38,469 nucleotides of DNA from positions 1-38,469 of the IMG/VR virus record IMGVR_UViG_3300037045_000087; one strand, 5' to 3'. The position numbers were made by a program, and so were the translations under genes. This document shows, piece after piece, positions 7,083 through 16,541 of the stretch (the stretch's first letter is position 1; the number at the start of each line of letters is the position of its first letter). The notes beneath the pieces were generated by a model, which was not told the origin of the DNA, searched no databases, and saw nothing but the letters and a program-made list of their open reading frames with translations. This stretch comes from a virus (lineage: Duplodnaviria; Caudoviricetes).

Positions 7083-9595
7083 CGTAGGGCTCCTCTTGAG
7101 CGGTTAAGTCCGAAAGTCTTGGTAAGGGCTGCCGTTGTCTGGCCGCGCCCCTGGTTCACGTTCTGGGCCATTTTCGCGTCGATCTGGTCGAAAAAGAGAT
7201 CCACGATACTCACCCCATCCTCTTGCCGCTGCTCTGCCTGTCCGCCCTTGCCCTGACTCTCGATGATGTTGACGACCAGCTTCATGCCGCCGCCGCCGAT
7301 GGCCTTGACCCCCAGGCTTCCTGAAGAGTCGCGCGACAGCGGCATGATGGCCTCCGGCCCTGCCTCGCCGAAAACGCCTCCCTGAGCGAAGGCGAAGAGT
7401 TGAGGGGAGTCATAAACGCCGCCGGAATAGGCCGACAGGCTTGGGCTCTGGTAAACGTTGCCCTTGGCGTTGCGGCTGAAAAAAGAGCTCATTTCGCCTG
7501 CGAAGTTGAAGCCCCTGGATGCGGACCCGGCGGCGGAGGACGGTCCCGAGAACAGGCCGGAAAGGAAACCCCCGGCGGCTCCTGCTAGCGGCCCAAGGAT
7601 CTGCTGCTGGATGACTATTCGCATTAGGTCACGGATGACGCTGTCGGCGAAGTCGGAGAAGGACATTTTGCCCGTCATGGCGAATTCGGTGATGGCGTCG
7701 GTCATGGCCTGGAAGGCTCCCGAAACCGCGTCCTCCATGGCCTGGGCTGCGTCCTGGCCCCCGGTAGAGATCTCGTCCAGGGCCCGGAGAGTGCCGGAAA
7801 GCCAATCGGTTGCCAGCCTTCTTTTTTCTGCCTTGACCCACTGCTCGACCGCGAGCTCGTCTGCCCCTGCGCGTTTGTAGGCCTCTGCCTGCAAGTTCAA
7901 CTGCTCGATCTTGAATTCTGTCTCACCGACGACGACCTCGCGGTGCTTGTCGGTGAATTCGGTGAGGAGCTCGTCGTTTCTCTTGTAAACGTCATTAAGG
8001 AGATCCAGGCCCCTTTTGTTCGCGTCCTCCAGGCCGAAGAACATGTCTCCTCTGTTGAGTCGCTCGAACTCGGATACCTGGTAGGGCTCCAGCTTGGCCC
8101 TGGCCTTCCTGGCTGCCTCTTTCTCGGCCTCCAGCTTCTTCTCCCTGGCCAGGGACTCTTTCGCGGCCTTGTCGTTGATCTCGGCGATGCGCTTGGCCTT
8201 GAATTGTGCGATCTCGACCTCGGCCAGGCCTGCTGCCCGCATCTGCTCGACCTGCTTGTCCAGCTTCTGCCGCTCGGTCTGGAGCTCGTCGTCGAGGATC
8301 TTTTTCAGACGGTCCTTTTCTGCCTGGGTGATCTTGACCTTTTCCTCGGCGACGGTGCGCGTCCTGGTCAGGATCTCGTTGGCCGTGGCGAGCTCTGCTG
8401 CCTCATACTTCAGGAGTTGACCTTCGAGCTCGGCATAGGTCTTGCGATAGGCGTCGGCCTTGGCCTTGGCCCCGGAGGAGATGCTCCCCAGGTTTCTGGC
8501 GATCTGCTCCTGGTAGCGGATCTTGCTCTGGAGGGTGTCCATCTCCTTTTCGAGGTTCTGGCGGGTGTTTGCCAGTGAGGCCCTGAGATCCGAGGCGTTC
8601 ATGCCTGCGAAGTCCGTGAACTTCATCCGGCCCTGGCCCAGGCGGGAAATGGCCTCGTCGATGTTGTCGATGGCCCGGTAAAGGTCGCCGAGGGGCCCCA
8701 GGACGGCCTCCACCGCCCCCTTCGTAAGCTGGAGGGCTCCCGATATGCCGTTGAGGATGTCGACGGCCAGGTCGGCGTTGTACAGCGCGGCGAGGAGGTC
8801 CTTCCAGGACTGCGAGAGCTTGTTCACCGCTGCCTGGGCACTCTCCATGCCGCTTGTTTCGGCTGCGGCCCCGTACATCTTGTGGAGCTCGTCCGCCAGT
8901 TTCGGGAGGAGATCCGCTGCCGCGACCTCCCCCTGCTCCAGCATCTTGTTGAGCTCCTGGGTCGTGACGCCCATCGACCGGGCCGCTATCTGGAACGCGC
9001 CGGGAAGGCGTTCGCCCAACTGCCCGCGGAGTTCTTCCGCCTGGACGTTGCCCTTGCTGATCATCTGCGAGAGGGCGTTCAGGGCCCCGGAGGTGTTGTC
9101 CGCCGTCATGCCCAGGGCGGTAGAGGCCTCCGTGATGGCCGAAAAAACCTTGTGAATGGCCTCGCCCTCCAGCGAGGTCCCCTTTGCTGCTGCCGAAATC
9201 TGCTTGAACTGTGGAGCCAGGACGTAGAAGGACTGCCCGAGTCGGTCGGACTCTGACCTGACGAAGGCGAGCTCCTGGGCTGCAAGCTGCGCGTCTCCGA
9301 AGATCGCGGTGAAGGATCGATTCAGGGAGTCAACGGCCAGGCCTGCGTCGAATATGCTCTTGGTGAAGGCAAACACGGAAATGCCTGCCATGGCAGGGCC
9401 GAGCATCCTTGCGGAGGATGCCAGGGCCGAGAGTGAAGAGGAGGCTTGACCCCCTCCTCGCTCCAGTGCGCCGAGGCCGCCCCCTGTCCTTCTGGCCTGC
9501 TCATCGACTTCACGAAGGGCATCGGTTGCCCTCCTGGCCCCTGCGGTGGCCCCTGCTGCGTCAATGTTGACGGCTATCGTTCGGTTCAGCTTCAT
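7079..9595 (-). CDS. Tail tape measure protein
   Basis: ALSQMISKGNVQAEELRGQLGERLPGAF N-terminal TMP domain, coiled-coil middle, C-terminal FAQGGVFGEAGPEAIMPL. Confidence 0.95.
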   Translation of the reverse strand: MKLNRTIAVNIDAAGATAGARRATDALREVDEQARRTGGGLGALERGGGQASSSLSALASSARMLGPAMAGISVFAFTKSIFDAGLAVDSLNRSFTAIFGDAQLAAQELAFVRSESDRLGQSFYVLAPQFKQISAAAKGTSLEGEAIHKVFSAITEASTALGMTADNTSGALNALSQMISKGNVQAEELRGQLGERLPGAFQIAARSMGVTTQELNKMLEQGEVAAADLLPKLADELHKMYGAAAETSGMESAQAAVNKLSQSWKDLLAALYNADLAVDILNGISGALQLTKGAVEAVLGPLGDLYRAIDNIDEAISRLGQGRMKFTDFAGMNASDLRASLANTRQNLEKEMDTLQSKIRYQEQIARNLGSISSGAKAKADAYRKTYAELEGQLLKYEAAELATANEILTRTRTVAEEKVKITQAEKDRLKKILDDELQTERQKLDKQVEQMRAAGLAEVEIAQFKAKRIAEINDKAAKESLAREKKLEAEKEAARKARAKLEPYQVSEFERLNRGDMFFGLEDANKRGLDLLNDVYKRNDELLTEFTDKHREVVVGETEFKIEQLNLQAEAYKRAGADELAVEQWVKAEKRRLATDWLSGTLRALDEISTGGQDAAQAMEDAVSGAFQAMTDAITEFAMTGKMSFSDFADSVIRDLMRIVIQQQILGPLAGAAGGFLSGLFSGPSSAAGSASRGFNFAGEMSSFFSRNAKGNVYQSPSLSAYSGGVYDSPQLFAFAQGGVFGEAGPEAIMPLSRDSSGSLGVKAIGGGGMKLVVNIIESQGKGGQAEQRQEDGVSIVDLFFDQIDAKMAQNVNQGRGQTTAALTKTFGLNRSRGALR

Positions 9596-9923
9596 CTTTC
9601 AGCTTCTCCCTGGATCTTCTGAGCTCCGCCCGTTCTAGGGCCTGGAGTCTGGCCAGGTTTGCGGGGTGCAGTTCTATTTCGAGGATGTTTGCCACCTGGA
9701 AGGCTGCCGGGTAGTCGAGGCCGATTGCCCCTGCTGGCCCTGCCCTCCATTGTGTCGATGTGGCCTGCCAAAGTATCCAGGCCGGGACGTTTTCTGGGTT
9801 CAGGTCTGGCCGCCTGGCCTCGCACTTGCGGCAGTCGATGGGCTGCTTTTTCTGCCGTGCTGCTGTCTGGCAGGCTTCGCAGTAACCGGGCCCATTTTCG
9901 TACCATCGCCAGACCTCGACTAG
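9561..9923 (-). CDS. Tail assembly chaperone GT extension (DUF1799-like), reached by -1 frameshift; absent from the ORF track
   Basis: The -1 frame after A AAA AAC (9929-9923) is open: LVEVWRWYENGPGYCEAC...DCRKC...TQWRAGPAGAIGLDYPA..., stop at 9563-9561. It has no Met codon. Confidence 0.85.
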   Translation of the reverse strand, partial: LVEVWRWYENGPGYCEACQTAARQKKQPIDCRKCEARRPDLNPENVPAWILWQATSTQWRAGPAGAIGLDYPAAFQVANILEIELHPANLARLQALERAELRRSREKLKDEAEPNDSRQH

Positions 9924-10168
9924 TTTTTTATGGAGTCCGGGCCGCCTGCCGAGTAGGCCAAAAGGGTCTTTGCCAGGTAGGCGATGTCGGCCCCTGGGGT
10001 GTCGTCGTCGATGGCGAAGCCTATCTTGGCCTTCTCGATGACCAGATCCCAGTATTCGTCCACGGTCTTGCCTGTGGCTGCCTCTCGCAGTTCCTTCATT
10101 TCCTTGCGCGAAAAGCTCTTGATCTCGATCTCGATGCCGGATTCCGGCAGGGTGATGGTTGCGCCCAT
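9920..10168 (-). CDS. Tail assembly chaperone (G-like)
   Basis: AAGGAG RBS before ATG 10168; between tail tube and TMP; ends ATA AAA AAC TAG on a slippery heptamer. Confidence 0.85.
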   Translation of the reverse strand: MGATITLPESGIEIEIKSFSRKEMKELREAATGKTVDEYWDLVIEKAKIGFAIDDDTPGADIAYLAKTLLAYSAGGPDSIKN

Positions 10169-10250
10169 GGTGTCGCTCCTTTGGTGATCCGGGAGAAGGT
10201 GGCGGGGAGCGACTACCGCCCCCCTGCCCGCCACCGCCCGAAGGTGATGG

Positions 10251-11201
10251 TTAATACGTTGCCTGCGCGTTGATCAGGGTTGCGATGAAGGCCGAGGCCC
10301 CCGCCGCGTTGTCGTAAAAGGCCTGGAACGGAAGCGTGATCTTGACCCCCTTGGGGCCAGTGATGCCTGGCGACTTGGGGGAGTAATAGAGCTCCGGCAC
10401 ATCGAACTTGAGCGAGTGCGCGGACTTGGTCAGGGTGATGGCCAGGGCCGTCTCGGTCGTGTTGAGGGCCTTGGTCAGGAGGGCCGTGGAGTCGAACAGG
10501 GCCGTGACGGACCCGGACACGCCTGCGATGCCCTCTGGGATGTCTCCCAGGGTGCCGCCGCCGCCGATGACGAAGTTCTCCGGGTCGAGGCCGAAATCCA
10601 CGTTAAACTCGCACTCGGTCACGGTTGCGATGGCCGAGCCCCCTTCCGTGATGGTGGCCTCAAAGTTCGAGACGCGGTTAAAGGAAACGGTCGTCGCGGC
10701 CGCGTGGTACTGGGTGCCGGTTGGCGCGGCCTCTGTTGCTCCCAGGATGCCCAGGTTCGCCACAAGCTCGTCGTCGCCGCCGAACTTGAGCCCCAGGGAC
10801 GAGATCTTGATCCCGTTCTGCCTGGTGTACTGCTGGCTGCCTACGAAGTCGTATCGCTTTTCCGCGACCATCGAGGGCTGGCTGTCCCCGATCTTGAAAA
10901 CGTGCGTGTAGGGGCCCGTCCCGGTCGTGGTTGGAGCCCCGAACATGCCTCGGAGCCACCACCCGAAGGCGATGAGATCCAGCGGGACCACGGCGGAGCC
11001 TTCAACCTTGGTGAAGCCCGCGAAGGGCATGACCGGGTTGCGGTTCCCGGTGATCGTCTGAGCCTGCTTCATGGGGCGATCAAGGCCAACGTCCCAGGTG
11101 TTGATGGGGACGATCCTGCCCGCCGGGGATCCTGGGTTCTGGCCGAACGTGGTCTCGAAATCGATGACCAGACGGCCCTTGTATCCTCTTGCCTGTGGCA
11201 T
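10251..11201 (-). CDS. Major tail tube protein
   Basis: FETTFG, GPYTHVF and VSGSVTALF motifs; 316 aa; precedes the chaperone and TMP genes. Confidence 0.85.
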   Translation of the reverse strand: MPQARGYKGRLVIDFETTFGQNPGSPAGRIVPINTWDVGLDRPMKQAQTITGNRNPVMPFAGFTKVEGSAVVPLDLIAFGWWLRGMFGAPTTTGTGPYTHVFKIGDSQPSMVAEKRYDFVGSQQYTRQNGIKISSLGLKFGGDDELVANLGILGATEAAPTGTQYHAAATTVSFNRVSNFEATITEGGSAIATVTECEFNVDFGLDPENFVIGGGGTLGDIPEGIAGVSGSVTALFDSTALLTKALNTTETALAITLTKSAHSLKFDVPELYYSPKSPGITGPKGVKITLPFQAFYDNAAGASAFIATLINAQATY

Positions 11202-11204
11202 GGC

Positions 11205-11378
11205 TTACTCCTTGGGCTTGGTGTCCTTGCCCTCTGCCTTGGGCTTCTCAGCCTCGGGGTATTTGTAGCCCTTGGGGGCGAAACGGGCGTCGATGATCTT
11301 GTAACCCTTGGCGCGAAGGTCGGCCTTGCGCTCTGGGGTGACGGGGTGCGGTTCGTAGATTATCTTCTCTTTTTCCAT
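11205..11378 (-). CDS. Small 57-aa phage protein after the capsid gene; absent from the ORF track
   Basis: GAGGAG RBS; MEKEKIIYEPHPVTPERKADLRAKGYKIIDARFAPKGYKYPEAEKPKAEGKDTKPKE; fills the gap between capsid and tail tube. Confidence 0.8.
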   Translation of the reverse strand: MEKEKIIYEPHPVTPERKADLRAKGYKIIDARFAPKGYKYPEAEKPKAEGKDTKPKE

Positions 11379-11430
11379 GACTGCTCCTCACTTAGGAGTG
11401 GCCGAGGAGTTGGTCCCCGGCCCTGGTTGG

Positions 11431-12399
11431 TTACTTGGAAGCGTCGCCCACTGCGATGACGCCAGCGGTGTGCTTGATGGAGGTCGCCACCTTGTCCCAG
11501 TTTGCACCGGACGCCAGTTCGGAGTCGGTCGGGGACTTGCCGCCGTTGGACTCGTCCCAGGTGTAGCCCTTGAGGGCCAGGCCGAAGGTGTAGTCCACCT
11601 GCATGGTGGTTTCGATGCGCTCTTTGCCGTTGCTGGTCTGCACGTTGGTGATGATGTCCTTTCCGTCATAGACGGTGGCTGCGCCGGAAACGAGGCCGAG
11701 GACCTTCTGCTTATTGGGGGTGCCGCTCTGGTAGAGGCTCGGAGCGTCCACGACCACGGAGGGCTTGCCCAGGATGTCCACGATGGTGACGTTGCCAGCC
11801 TGGAAAAGGTTCGTGGCGTTGGCCAGGTTGACCCCGATCAACTTGTGATAAACCTCGCCGGTCATGACGTTGCAGATGATGAGCCCGGAGTGGTCCCCGA
11901 ACTTGGCATGGGCGCTGTTCAGGGCCACGTAGGACAGGCCCAGGGTGGCGGAAACGTCATTCTTGGCGTCGGTCTGGTTCTCGATGGCCGCGACCAGGGC
12001 TGCGATGGCCGTGAAAAGCTGATCCTTGAGCAGGGCCTCGGCGAAGTTGCGGGAAGCAACCTCGATGCCCTGGGCCGTGGGCCGCTGGAGCCAGGTCAAC
12101 TGCGCGGGCTCGAAAAGGATCGGGCCGAAGCCGCCAGCGACCTTGACCCCGGACTTTTTGAGCTCGGCCAGGTTGGTGGCTGCCTGGGTGTTGTTGGCCG
12201 CGTAACGATCAACACGCCGCTGGGCGGAGTGGATGGCCTGGAAGAACGACTCCTGGTAGAAGTCGCCGTCAAAGCCTTCGGTCGTCAGGCGGATTGCGCC
12301 GTTGCTGGCCTGGTTGAATTTGTCCACCATGACGGCAAGCGTCTCGATGGTGGCGGGCATGATGTAATCGTTGAAAACCTGCATCTGCGTGAGAGCCAT
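11431..12399 (-). CDS. Major capsid protein
   Basis: 322 aa, strong AAGGAG RBS, follows the scaffold; VDKFNQASNGAI and LKGYTWD...GGKSPTD.ELA..ANW motifs. Confidence 0.88.
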   Translation of the reverse strand: MALTQMQVFNDYIMPATIETLAVMVDKFNQASNGAIRLTTEGFDGDFYQESFFQAIHSAQRRVDRYAANNTQAATNLAELKKSGVKVAGGFGPILFEPAQLTWLQRPTAQGIEVASRNFAEALLKDQLFTAIAALVAAIENQTDAKNDVSATLGLSYVALNSAHAKFGDHSGLIICNVMTGEVYHKLIGVNLANATNLFQAGNVTIVDILGKPSVVVDAPSLYQSGTPNKQKVLGLVSGAATVYDGKDIITNVQTSNGKERIETTMQVDYTFGLALKGYTWDESNGGKSPTDSELASGANWDKVATSIKHTAGVIAVGDASK

Positions 12400-12411
12400 G
12401 GTTCAAACTCC

Positions 12412-13074
12412 TTATTTGTCGGGAAGGTTGGGGAACTTCTGCTTGATGGCTGCAACGCGCTCTTGGCGGCTGCCGCCGAGTTCCGGTTTTGTGCCTGCTC
12501 CTCCTGTCCCCGAATTCGGGACCCCGGCCCCGGTGTCACCCGGAACCTTCAGGAGGCCTGGCTTTGCTTTGACAATCTCGGCGACACCATCTGCAACGGA
12601 GAGGACTTTTCCGCCCTCGCCCTTGAAGATGAGCTCGTCCCCTTCCCACTCAAGGCGGGTGGATACGAAGGTCTCGACGACATCACGATCTACGAATTCA
12701 TGAGCCCCCAGTGCCTTGGAGAGGGTGGCCGTTTTTGTGACCTCCCGGTTCTGCGCGAAAAGGGCGTCCCGCTCCTTTGTTGCTGTCTCCAGGTCCCTTT
12801 CGAGCTTGCGGACCTTGGCCTCGAACTGCTTTGCCGCGTCGGCCTGGCCTTGAATGTTCAGGTCCTCGATTCCTTCCGGGGATTCGAGGCCGAGCTTTTC
12901 AAGGGCCTTGTCCTGCCACGACTTCAGTTCCTTGATGGTTGCGTCCTTCGCCTTGCGCCCATCGATGGATTCCTTCCTGGCTGCGTCCCGCTGCTCGGTA
13001 AGGTCCCCGACGAACTTGGAGAGCTCTTCAAACGTCGCGTCTTCGAGCCTTCCCTTCAGTTTTGTGATGTCCAT
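12412..13074 (-). CDS. Capsid scaffolding protein
   Basis: Charged coiled coil, Gly-rich linker and short C-terminal helix; GAGGGG RBS before ATG 13074. The longer ORF call is antisense to the portal. Confidence 0.8.
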   Translation of the reverse strand: MDITKLKGRLEDATFEELSKFVGDLTEQRDAARKESIDGRKAKDATIKELKSWQDKALEKLGLESPEGIEDLNIQGQADAAKQFEAKVRKLERDLETATKERDALFAQNREVTKTATLSKALGAHEFVDRDVVETFVSTRLEWEGDELIFKGEGGKVLSVADGVAEIVKAKPGLLKVPGDTGAGVPNSGTGGAGTKPELGGSRQERVAAIKQKFPNLPDK

Positions 13075-13134
13075 GATGTCGCCCCTCAAAAAAGTTGATG
13101 ATGAGGGTCGAATATCGGGAGCGGAGGGATGGCC

Positions 13135-13155
13135 CACCCTGGATTGGTTCAGGGT
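13135..13155. promoter_or_regulatory. Putative late-activator binding site in the divergent scaffold/portal promoter region
   Basis: CACCCTGGATTGGTTCAGGGT containing the dyad ACCCTG-N8-CAGGGT; 16/18 identical to 25227-25244; a GATATT hexamer lies on each side in divergent orientation. Confidence 0.6.
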
Positions 13156-13188
13156 CGCGGGGCGGATTGGGGCGGATATTGGCACGGT

Positions 13189-14541
13189 ATGAACTACCAA
13201 AACCGATTCAAATTCATCCGTCATGCACTGGAAGAGTCCGGGGGCTTTGACTCTACGGACGCGTCGAGCAATTCCTACCTGATTCGCTACCCCAGGGAGA
13301 GCCAGGACAAGTATGAGCGGCGGAAAGAGGTCGCTTGGTACGTGAACGACCTTCTGCCTGCCTGTTCCCGGTTTGCTGGACACCTGGCCTTGAGCCCTCC
13401 CGACAGGGACTTTCCGACGAGCGCGTATGAGGCCATGTCGAAGGATGTGGACGGCCAGGGCTCCCCGGTTGACGAGTTCTTCAAGGAGTTTGCCAAGCAG
13501 GCGAAGGCCTTCGGGTCCATGCTGCTGCTGGTGGATGGCCCCACGGAAGCCGCGACCAATGAGGATGACCGGGTGCGCCGCAAGCTCTTTCCCCGATTCC
13601 GGGCGATCAGCCCCGACCGGGTGACCGAATACGAGCTTGGGGATGATGGGAAATTCACCTTCGTGACCTTCTCTGGCCGATGCATGCACGATGGCAAAAT
13701 GGTTGACTGTGAGTGGACTTTCACGCGGACGGGATGGAAGGCTGTCGGGGTCAACGGTGGGGGGCTTCTGGCTTCCGGCTCTCATTCCCTGGGCGAGTGC
13801 CCGGTCCTGGTCTTCACCGAGTCTGGCCCCTTCCCCTGCTTTGGCCCCTTCTCTCAAATCGCGGCCCTTTCACGGCGGCTGTACAACCTGCACTCTGAGC
13901 TTGATGAGATCCTGCGGAGCCAGACGTTTTCCTTGCTGACCTACCAGGTGCCGCCCGACCAGGCCCATGCCTTCAAGGAGTCTGCCGGGAAGATCGCCGA
14001 GACTATCGGCACCCACAATATGCTGATGCACAACGGCGAACAGCCTGGCTTTATCGCGCCCCCTGAAGGGCCCGCGATGATCTACCTTCAGCGGATTGAA
14101 AAGCTGGAGCGGAAAATATCCGAAATCGCCATGAACGTTGAGATGCCCCAGGGCCAGGAGTCGGGCATCACGATGAAATATCGCTACCAGGCCTTGAACG
14201 CGGCCCTGGCGGATTTTGCTGGTCGGCTTGGGGATCTGGAAAGGCGAGCCTGGGATCTGGCCGCGCGGTGGTTCCGCCAGACTGCCAAGCCCGAGGCTGG
14301 CTACAAACAAAACTACATGCTGGCGGACATCATGGAAGAGATGTCTATCCTGCAGCAAATGCAGGCCGGGGCCATGCCCAGGCTGGTGGTGGCCGAGCAG
14401 ATGAAGCGGATCGTGTCCATCCAGTTTGGTGGCCTGGACCAGGACCGCCTGGACGAGATCACGGCCGAAATTGACGAATATGAGCTTGAAGTCGATCCCG
14501 ACCCTGAAGATAAAGCCGCCGATGAAGGCGATGAGGAGTAA
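13189..14541 (+). CDS. Portal protein (SPP1 gp6-like)
   Basis: YLIRYPRESQDKYERR, HSLGECPV, LYNLHSELDEIL and ESG..M motifs; 450 aa with an acidic tail. Confidence 0.85.
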   Translation: MNYQNRFKFIRHALEESGGFDSTDASSNSYLIRYPRESQDKYERRKEVAWYVNDLLPACSRFAGHLALSPPDRDFPTSAYEAMSKDVDGQGSPVDEFFKEFAKQAKAFGSMLLLVDGPTEAATNEDDRVRRKLFPRFRAISPDRVTEYELGDDGKFTFVTFSGRCMHDGKMVDCEWTFTRTGWKAVGVNGGGLLASGSHSLGECPVLVFTESGPFPCFGPFSQIAALSRRLYNLHSELDEILRSQTFSLLTYQVPPDQAHAFKESAGKIAETIGTHNMLMHNGEQPGFIAPPEGPAMIYLQRIEKLERKISEIAMNVEMPQGQESGITMKYRYQALNAALADFAGRLGDLERRAWDLAARWFRQTAKPEAGYKQNYMLADIMEEMSILQQMQAGAMPRLVVAEQMKRIVSIQFGGLDQDRLDEITAEIDEYELEVDPDPEDKAADEGDEE

Positions 14542-14544
14542 CCC

Positions 14545-14922
14545 ATGCCGATGTTGAACGACCGCGTTTATGATTTTGGACTGAACGTCCTCGATACTGA
14601 GGCTAACGCCCTGCACATTTGCAACCTGGAGCCGTCCACCTATGCGTCGGCTACGGGTGCCAACTCCCTGGGCTCCAAAGCCCTGGCCGCTGGTGGGATC
14701 GGTGCCCCTGGTGCTGGATCTCCCAACGGGCGAAAGGTGACCGTGGCCTCGATCTCCGATGGGTCGATAACTGTGTCCGGGACTGCCTCTCACTATGCCA
14801 TCGTTGACACGGTAAACTCCAGACTCCTGGCTGCTGGCCCCCTGGCCGCGAACCAGGCCGTGACCTCTGGCAATCCGTTCACCCTGGCTGCCTTCGATAT
14901 TCGCATCCCGGCCCCGGCGTAA
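14545..14922 (+). CDS. Small beta-rich virion protein, putative fibre subunit
   Basis: 125 aa; GTASHYAIVD...LLA and VTSGNPFTL..FDI resemble small fibre or decoration proteins. Confidence 0.6.
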   Translation: MPMLNDRVYDFGLNVLDTEANALHICNLEPSTYASATGANSLGSKALAAGGIGAPGAGSPNGRKVTVASISDGSITVSGTASHYAIVDTVNSRLLAAGPLAANQAVTSGNPFTLAAFDIRIPAPA

Positions 14923-14933
14923 GGGCCTGACCC

Positions 14934-16541
14934 ATGCCCATTGCGTTCGTAGGGTCCGCCGTAGGCGTTGGCACCGGAGCCAGCTACACCGTCAACTTGA
15001 ATGGCACGTTGACGGGCGGCCTTGCGTCGTCTCCAGCCACTGGCGACATCGTCCTCGTCTTCACGGCCTTTGGGCACACGGCCAACGTCGCGCCAACAGT
15101 CTCAGGCAACAACAGTGGCGCATACACGGCGGCCACGGCGAACATCTACGGCAACGACACCTGGGACACAAACTTCCGGCCCCTCTATGCCGTCCAGGGC
15201 GCGGCTGTTGACAACCTGCTGACCATCACCCGTCAAAACACGACCACCTACGGCGGCGCAACTGTCGTCATGGTCTGGCGCGGCGTCGATGCAGACAATC
15301 CGATTGACGTGACCCCGACAACGGCTGCGCAGAACAACCCCAACTCGTGCCTGTTCAATGCCCCGGCCATAACCCCCGTGACCGAGGGTGCAGTCATCAT
15401 CGCGGCTGGAGCGGGCACCATGCCCGCCACCTCCGTGGACTTCACGGGCATCAGTGGGATGGACAACTTCCGCACGGTGAAGGGTGACGGCTCGACCTCG
15501 GACACGGCGACCGCGGCTGCGTCTATCTTCTGGTCGGGCTCTGGAAGTTATGACCCTGCCGCTGTGGCTGGAGGCACCGTCAACGCCTCCTCTTCGTGGT
15601 CTGCGGCTTCTCTTGTTCTGCGGCCCGCTCCTCTGCCTGCACATGATTTGACCGCAAGTGAGTTGACCGCGGGCAGCCCTGTCTTGGGATCTCCTGCCCT
15701 GGGTCAAACGCATGGCCTGGCTGCGACGGAGCTCCTGGCCGGGGCCCCTGCTCTTGGGGCTCCGTCCTTGGGCCAGGTTCAGGTCCTGGCTGCGACCGGG
15801 ATCTCTGCCGGGGCTCCGGTGCTTGGCTCCCCCTTGCTGGAGTCGAGTTCGGGCCACTCCCTGACCGCAACCGGAATCACTGCCGGGGCTCCGATCCTGG
15901 GATCTCCTGGCCTGGGCCAGACCCACCTTTTGAGCGCAACCGGGGTGACGGCTGGAGCCCCTGCCCTGGCTGCCCCGGCCCTCGGCCAAAGGCATGCCCT
16001 GACGGCCTCTGCGCTTGCTTCTGGGCTTCCTGTCCTGGGATCTACCGCACTGGGCCAGACACACGTTCTGGCGGCCTCTGGCGTGACCCTGGGATCTCCA
16101 GTCCTGGGGGCTCCGCCACTGTCCCAGGAGGTTGTCCACTTCCTCGATGCCGTGCCCCTGGTTACTGGCTCCCCGGTGCTTGGGGTTCCGGCCCTGGGGC
16201 AGGTTCACAACCTGGCCGCTGCTGGCCTGGTCGCTGGCGTCCCTGTGCTTGGTGCGCCGTCCCTGGGTCAAAGGCACGCGCTGACGGCCCTTGAGATCCT
16301 GGCCGGATCTCCCGACCTGGGGTTCGCCTCCCTGGGGCAGGCTCATGTTCTGCTGGCCCTTGGCTTTGCGACCGATCCTGCGGAGCTTGGGGCTCCTGCC
16401 TTGACCCTGGGCAGTCCCATTGCCGAGGAGGACATCCGGGGCTTTGTGGTGTCCAGGCCGCGGCTGGTGCTGGTCCGGGCTCCTGGCCGTGAAACCGTTT
16501 CCCTTGCCCCCAACCGAAAAAGGACTGTCACCTATGCTTGA
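14934..16541 (+). CDS. Putative head/neck fibre protein: N-terminal globular domain plus 11 tandem ~23-aa repeats
   Basis: Repeat consensus HxLxAxxLxAGxPVLGxPxLGQx across the C-terminal half. Confidence 0.7.
   Translation: MPIAFVGSAVGVGTGASYTVNLNGTLTGGLASSPATGDIVLVFTAFGHTANVAPTVSGNNSGAYTAATANIYGNDTWDTNFRPLYAVQGAAVDNLLTITRQNTTTYGGATVVMVWRGVDADNPIDVTPTTAAQNNPNSCLFNAPAITPVTEGAVIIAAGAGTMPATSVDFTGISGMDNFRTVKGDGSTSDTATAAASIFWSGSGSYDPAAVAGGTVNASSSWSAASLVLRPAPLPAHDLTASELTAGSPVLGSPALGQTHGLAATELLAGAPALGAPSLGQVQVLAATGISAGAPVLGSPLLESSSGHSLTATGITAGAPILGSPGLGQTHLLSATGVTAGAPALAAPALGQRHALTASALASGLPVLGSTALGQTHVLAASGVTLGSPVLGAPPLSQEVVHFLDAVPLVTGSPVLGVPALGQVHNLAAAGLVAGVPVLGAPSLGQRHALTALEILAGSPDLGFASLGQAHVLLALGFATDPAELGAPALTLGSPIAEEDIRGFVVSRPRLVLVRAPGRETVSLAPNRKRTVTYA
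15642..16412 (+). repeat. Coding tandem repeat, about 69-75 nt x 11, degenerate at DNA level
   Basis: Eleven His/Gln-initiated peptide repeats counted by eye. Confidence 0.85.

Noticed and set aside
9592-9906. 104-aa ORF in the track as the pre-TMP gene
   Set aside because: Wrong frame; the conserved-looking chaperone sequence is in the -1 frameshift frame 9561-9923.
11377-13098. 573-aa + strand ORF, and similar long antisense ORFs at 15102-17252, 20227-21363, 33612-34844 and 35190-36461
   Set aside because: These are shadow frames opposite well-supported genes in GC-rich DNA, with no motifs.
13180-13196. Sigma54 promoter at TGGCAC before the portal
   Set aside because: No TTGC at the -12 position.
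13075-13857. N-terminal 261 aa of the 481-aa ORF
   Set aside because: It is antisense to the portal; the scaffold starts at 13074 with its own RBS.
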